NCBI GenBank assembly: GCA_963675525.2
Contig: CAXXSL010000013.1
Span: forward strand, 256,001 to 320,000
DNA from: Anaerohalosphaeraceae bacterium
Lineage (GTDB): Bacteria > Planctomycetota > Phycisphaerae > Sedimentisphaerales > Anaerohalosphaeraceae
Reading direction: 5' to 3'
DNA: 64,000 bases
Below, piece by piece: positions 59,947-64,000 of the stretch. Every line of letters begins with the position of its first letter. Within the stretch, counting starts at the first letter, position 1. The position numbers and the translations under genes are program-made. The notes below the pieces were generated by a model that saw nothing but the letters and a program-made list of their open reading frames with translations, was not told the DNA's origin and made no database searches.

Positions 59947-60726
59947 ATGATTACGATACTTGGAATAATACTTTTAATCGTCCCTGGACTAATAAATGTT
60001 TTTATTGCTAAAAAGGAAGAGCAAAAATACAAAAAGCTAAAGATTTTCTCAATGTGCATTGTGATGGCCTTAGGTGTAGTAATTATAATTTTAGATAGAT
60101 CCATACCTGAAGAAATTGGAGCATTGAAACCTACCTACAAAAAAAATGATCCCGAATGGGTAAATAAAAATGGATTAGGAGCTGATGTGAGTAAACAGAT
60201 TATAAGAATCGGGGGTGCATTTGTTAACGCTTTATATCCCCTCGGAAGATATGTACCAATTGCATTAGCAAATGACATTGATGGTTTAATGATTTATGCC
60301 ACAATTACAAGTTCAGATGGTAAAGTTGTAGCTAAGATAATTAAGAATAAATGGCAAACAAATCCTAATAATTATTTTCGAAAATTTTCTGATGAATCAT
60401 CTATTGAAATTATCGATGAGTACGATATTCCGATTCTGCAAATAGAATACATAGATTATAATACAGTCAAAATTGGAGGCGTTTTTCGCTCGGAAAAGTC
60501 ATTTGTATCTGATTATGACAATGATTTCCCACCATATAATACTAGAATAATTTTCAGCTTAACGGGGGAATCTGCAAATTCTATATATATTATTGGAGAG
60601 GGAGGAGCGTATAGCAACGTGATTGATATGGAACTACAGGACGTTATTTCAAAATCAAGGGAAATAATTAAGCCTTGGTTTGATTATAGCGATCCTTCAA
60701 ACCCTTCTAAAAGACTTCCAAAGTAA
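59947..60726 (+). CDS. Hypothetical AT-rich protein with two N-terminal TM helices
   Basis: 259-aa ORF; RBS AAGGAG; strongly AT-rich codons; ends 2 nt before priA. Confidence 0.65.
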   Translation: MITILGIILLIVPGLINVFIAKKEEQKYKKLKIFSMCIVMALGVVIIILDRSIPEEIGALKPTYKKNDPEWVNKNGLGADVSKQIIRIGGAFVNALYPLGRYVPIALANDIDGLMIYATITSSDGKVVAKIIKNKWQTNPNNYFRKFSDESSIEIIDEYDIPILQIEYIDYNTVKIGGVFRSEKSFVSDYDNDFPPYNTRIIFSLTGESANSIYIIGEGGAYSNVIDMELQDVISKSREIIKPWFDYSDPSNPSKRLPK

Positions 60727-60728
60727 AT

Positions 60729-63089
60729 ATGCCAAAAGATAAAACGAAAAGTTTGTTTGGGACGGAGTTAGACGACGCACCGAATGCGTCCGGGGTGATT
60801 GTTCGTGTTGCTTTGGATACGGGGGCGGATTCTTTGTTTGATTATGTTGTGCCGGAGTTTTTGGGAGCCGTGGGAGCCGGGCAGCGGGTGGAGGTGCCGT
60901 TTGGGCAGGCCAATAAGCTCAAACAGGCGTTTGTCGTAAAAGTCATTGACGATGCCGACGAGATCGCAAAGTGCCGGCGATTCAAACTCAAGTCCGCCAA
61001 AGCCATCCTCGACGAGGTGCCGCTGTTGGATGAGGAGTTGATCCAACTGGCTCAATGGATTGCCCAGTATTATGTGTGTCCGCTGGGGCAGGTGTTCAGT
61101 GCGATGGTGCCGGCGGCGGTCAAAAAAGATGTCGGCGTTAAAAAGCAAAGTATTGTGTATCTGACGCCGGAAGCAAACGAGTTGCTCCAGACACTGACCA
61201 GCAAAAAACAAAAGTCCCTCGTCGAGGCTCTGCAAGAAGCCGGGGCAATTGACATGGACAGCGGACTGGAGAAAACGGCTCTGCTTGAATGTGCCGGCTG
61301 CACCGAAAGCCCGCTGAAACAACTTCTGCGCAAAGACATCGTCAAAATCGGGAAAAAACAGATCTTACATGCCCTGCCGGTTGTGCCGGAAGGATTAGCG
61401 ACGGAAGCGAAGCAAGTTATCCTAAACGACGACCAGAAAAAGGCTCTGGGTTTTGTCGCGAAGGAAATCGCAGACAACCGATTCGGTGTTTCGCTGCTGC
61501 ACGGCGTGACCGACAGCGGCAAGACGGAGGTCTATATCCGGGCCATCGAAGCGGCCATTGCGGCGGGCCGACGCGCCATTATTCTGCTGCCGGAAATTGC
61601 CCTGACGGCTCAAACCGTTCAGCGATTCAGCAGCCGGTTTGAAAATGTCGCGATCCTGCACTCGCAATTGTCCGGCCCGCAGCGCAACGCGCAGTGGCAA
61701 AGCATCAAGAGCAATCAGGCGGATGTCGTCATTGGCGCGCGATCGGCGATCTTCGCACCGGTCAGCAACCTGGGACTCATTGTCATCGATGAGGAACACG
61801 AAGGCAGCTACAAGCAGGACACCGTGCCGCGTTATCACGGCCGCGATGTCGCCGTCAAGCGGGCGCAATTAGCGAACGCCCATTGCATCCTCGGCTCGGC
61901 AACACCGTCATTGGAAACCCTGCACAACTGCGAAACAAAAAAACATTTCACCTTGCTGACACTGCCCAAACGCGTGATGGATCTGCCGATGCCGGAAATG
62001 AAACTGGTGGACATGACCAGTGCTTTCGCGGACACCGAACATAAAGGCGCCCACATTATCAGCCCGAAACTCAAGGAGCATCTCGCTACGGTCCTGGGGC
62101 GAAAAGAGCAGGCGATTCTTTTACTGAACCGGAGGGGTTACAGCAATTTTGTCTATTGCCCATCGTGTCGGCATAGTCTGACCTGTCGAAACTGCGATGT
62201 GACACTGACGTTCCATAAAAAACCGAAAGCCTCCACCGCCCGGGAAACAATTCTGGGACGACACATGTCCGGCGGGTATGCGATTTGTCATTACTGCCTG
62301 GCCAAGACGCTGGTGCCGAAGCAGTGCCCCCTGTGCGGAAAAAACATGACGATGATCGGGCTGGGTTCGCAGCGGTTGGAGGAGGAACTGGCCAAAAAAT
62401 TTCCACAGGCCCGCGTCCGGCGGATCGACAGCGACGCGATGGCCGGGCAGGATTATTACGATGTTTTACGGGATTTTGCGGAGCAGAAGATCGATATTCT
62501 GGCCGGAACGCAGATGCTGGCCAAAGGCCTGCATTTTCCGAATGTGACGCTGGTAGGGATCATTAGTGCCGACACAGCCCTGTTTTTACCGGACTTTCGA
62601 TCGAATGAACGCACGTTTCAGCTCATCAGCCAGGTTGCCGGACGGGCCGGACGCAGCGAAAAGACGGGGACCGTCTATGTCCAAACGTTTTTCCCGGATC
62701 AGCCCGCCATCAAATACGCCTTGCGGTACGATTTTAACGGATTTATTGAAAATGAGTTACAGCACAGGCAGGCCTGCGGTTTGCCGCCGTTTGGGCGTAT
62801 GGCCATCATCGCCATGCGGGACATGAAATTTAACCGGCTTTCCGCCGCGACCGAACAAATGAAACTTCGGCTGGAGTCGATTATCACAGCAGAAAGCCTG
62901 AAAATGACGCTCAGAGGGCCCCTGGAACCGGCGATCGGGCGAATCCAGCGACAGCACCGCCTCCAGTTTATTCTCCAATCTCCATCCGTCGCCGACATTC
63001 AGAGACTCTTTCAGCGACTCCGTGTCATGGCCCCGCTCCGCCCGGTCGTGCAAACCCAAGTCGATATTGACCCGATTGGCGTTTTATAG
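60729..63089 (+). CDS. priA: Primosomal protein N' (replication restart helicase)
   Basis: 'RVEVPFG', 'HGVTDSGKTEVY', 'LPEIALT', 'IDEEHE.SYKQ', 'GSATPSLE', 'LNRRGYS', two CxxC pairs, 'GTQMLAKGLHFP', 'QVAGRAGR', 'DIDP'. Confidence 0.97.
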   Translation: MPKDKTKSLFGTELDDAPNASGVIVRVALDTGADSLFDYVVPEFLGAVGAGQRVEVPFGQANKLKQAFVVKVIDDADEIAKCRRFKLKSAKAILDEVPLLDEELIQLAQWIAQYYVCPLGQVFSAMVPAAVKKDVGVKKQSIVYLTPEANELLQTLTSKKQKSLVEALQEAGAIDMDSGLEKTALLECAGCTESPLKQLLRKDIVKIGKKQILHALPVVPEGLATEAKQVILNDDQKKALGFVAKEIADNRFGVSLLHGVTDSGKTEVYIRAIEAAIAAGRRAIILLPEIALTAQTVQRFSSRFENVAILHSQLSGPQRNAQWQSIKSNQADVVIGARSAIFAPVSNLGLIVIDEEHEGSYKQDTVPRYHGRDVAVKRAQLANAHCILGSATPSLETLHNCETKKHFTLLTLPKRVMDLPMPEMKLVDMTSAFADTEHKGAHIISPKLKEHLATVLGRKEQAILLLNRRGYSNFVYCPSCRHSLTCRNCDVTLTFHKKPKASTARETILGRHMSGGYAICHYCLAKTLVPKQCPLCGKNMTMIGLGSQRLEEELAKKFPQARVRRIDSDAMAGQDYYDVLRDFAEQKIDILAGTQMLAKGLHFPNVTLVGIISADTALFLPDFRSNERTFQLISQVAGRAGRSEKTGTVYVQTFFPDQPAIKYALRYDFNGFIENELQHRQACGLPPFGRMAIIAMRDMKFNRLSAATEQMKLRLESIITAESLKMTLRGPLEPAIGRIQRQHRLQFILQSPSVADIQRLFQRLRVMAPLRPVVQTQVDIDPIGVL

Positions 63090-63132
63090 CTTGATTTTTT
63101 TGTCCGAATCCGGTATATTCACCCCTCTTTCA

Positions 63133-63207
63133 CGGAGAGTAGCTCAGTTTGGCCAGAGCGCTGCGTTCGGGACGCAGAGGTCGCAAGTTCAAATCTTGTC
63201 TCTCCGA
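63133..63207 (+). tRNA. tRNA-Pro (anticodon CGG), CCA not encoded
   Basis: Acceptor stem CGGAGAG/CTCTCCG; D arm AGCTCAGTTTGGCCAGAGC; anticodon arm CTGCG-TTCGGGA-CGCAG; T loop GTTCAAAT; promoter TTGATT-17-TATATT at 63091-63119. Confidence 0.95.
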
Positions 63208-63439
63208 TTTTTTATAACACACCATCACCAAAGAAGTTGCAGGATTTCAAGTTGACTTTTCTCCCAAATTAGACGACAATCAGGTACGATTATCGTTTGC
63301 ATGAACTGATATAATCCAACTATTAGAATCTAATAGAGGTCCCAAATAATATCAAAAATGGCTTGACGAAAAATGGAACCAGAATTGAACGCATGCCGTT
63401 TTTTCCTCAACTAAAAAATACAGGAAGGCAACTGTTGTT

Positions 63440-64000
63440 ATGTGTGGATTAGTCGGATATTTTAAACCGAAAACAGGTGAAAATCTGAATGAGCTATACC
63501 ACGCAACCTCATTAATCTCCCATCGCGGGCCTGATGATGAGGGTTACGCTGCCTTCAACTTAGATGCCCGGCATACGATCGCCCTGTGCGGGCCCGATTC
63601 GCCGGAGATTCTCAAGGCTTCCATGCCGGATATTACGCAACACATGGACTATCCCCACCAGTTAGCATTTGGCTTTCGACGTTTTTCAATTGTCGATTTA
63701 TCGGAAAAAGGCCACCAGCCCTTCTGGAGTCAAGACCGCTCTGTGTGTCTGACGTTTAACGGAGAAGTGTATAACTACGTTGAAATCCGGCAGGAACTGA
63801 AAGCACTGGGGTATTCGTTCACAACTTCCAGCGATACTGAAGTTCTGCTGGTCGGCTATCAGGCATGGGGACTGGATATTTTAAAACATTGCAATGGACC
63901 TCTTGCGCTTGCGATTTATGATCAGACAAAAAACAAGCTGTTTTTGGCAAGAGATCGTATCGGAAAAAATCCGCTTTATTACGCCATACATCAAGGGGCT
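63440..64000 (+). CDS. asnB: Asparagine synthase (glutamine-hydrolysing) family amidotransferase, 3'-truncated by the window edge
   Basis: Hand translation gives MCGLVG...HRGPDDEG...GFRRFSIVDLSEKGHQP...FNGEVYNY..SDTEVLL..RDRIGKNPLYY. Confidence 0.88.
   Translation, partial: MCGLVGYFKPKTGENLNELYHATSLISHRGPDDEGYAAFNLDARHTIALCGPDSPEILKASMPDITQHMDYPHQLAFGFRRFSIVDLSEKGHQPFWSQDRSVCLTFNGEVYNYVEIRQELKALGYSFTTSSDTEVLLVGYQAWGLDILKHCNGPLALAIYDQTKNKLFLARDRIGKNPLYYAIHQGA

Noticed and set aside
63133..64000. tRNA-Pro as a genomic-island attachment site
   Set aside because: No integrase and no duplicated tRNA 3' end in the window; sequence beyond the edge cannot be judged.

Overview
A 64-kb bacterial chromosomal segment. 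It most likely comes from a planctomycete of the Phycisphaerae/Sedimentisphaerales type; this is inferred from the ECF-sigma fusion, the dockerin-like 'GD.DGDC.V...DL..VA.NWL' repeat, the small conserved coiled-coil protein and the repeat families. Housekeeping genes include ettA, miaA, ispA-dxs-nadK, a DinG helicase, murE-murF-mraY, recJ, priA, tRNA-Pro(CGG) and a partial asnB. Accessory modules include DUF4139-VWA-DUF4139, a PL2-like lyase, YfiR plus a hybrid kinase, PadR plus a membrane partner, and a TPS/TPP fusion plus GH15. Highlights: (1) a complete IS110-family (IS1111-type) element at about 9875-11276 whose 3' non-coding region visibly encodes a two-loop bridge-type guide RNA, matching both its REP-like genomic target and its own circle junction, with a truncated second copy and empty target sites in the window; (2) a five-gene VTC polymerase / DUF4956 / membrane-fusion protein / TolC / giant CotH-kinase locus that could be a trans-envelope polyphosphate synthesis-export-phosphorylation machine; (3) a LarA-family racemase gene directly behind mraY; (4) a palindromic repeat sitting in frame inside murE; (5) overlooked small proteins, namely a 32-aa Lys-rich ORF before ettA and a 57-aa mini PEP-CTERM-like protein. 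Several apparent +1 homopolymer frameshifts suggest assembly errors. All calls come from reading motifs by eye; no database searches were run.
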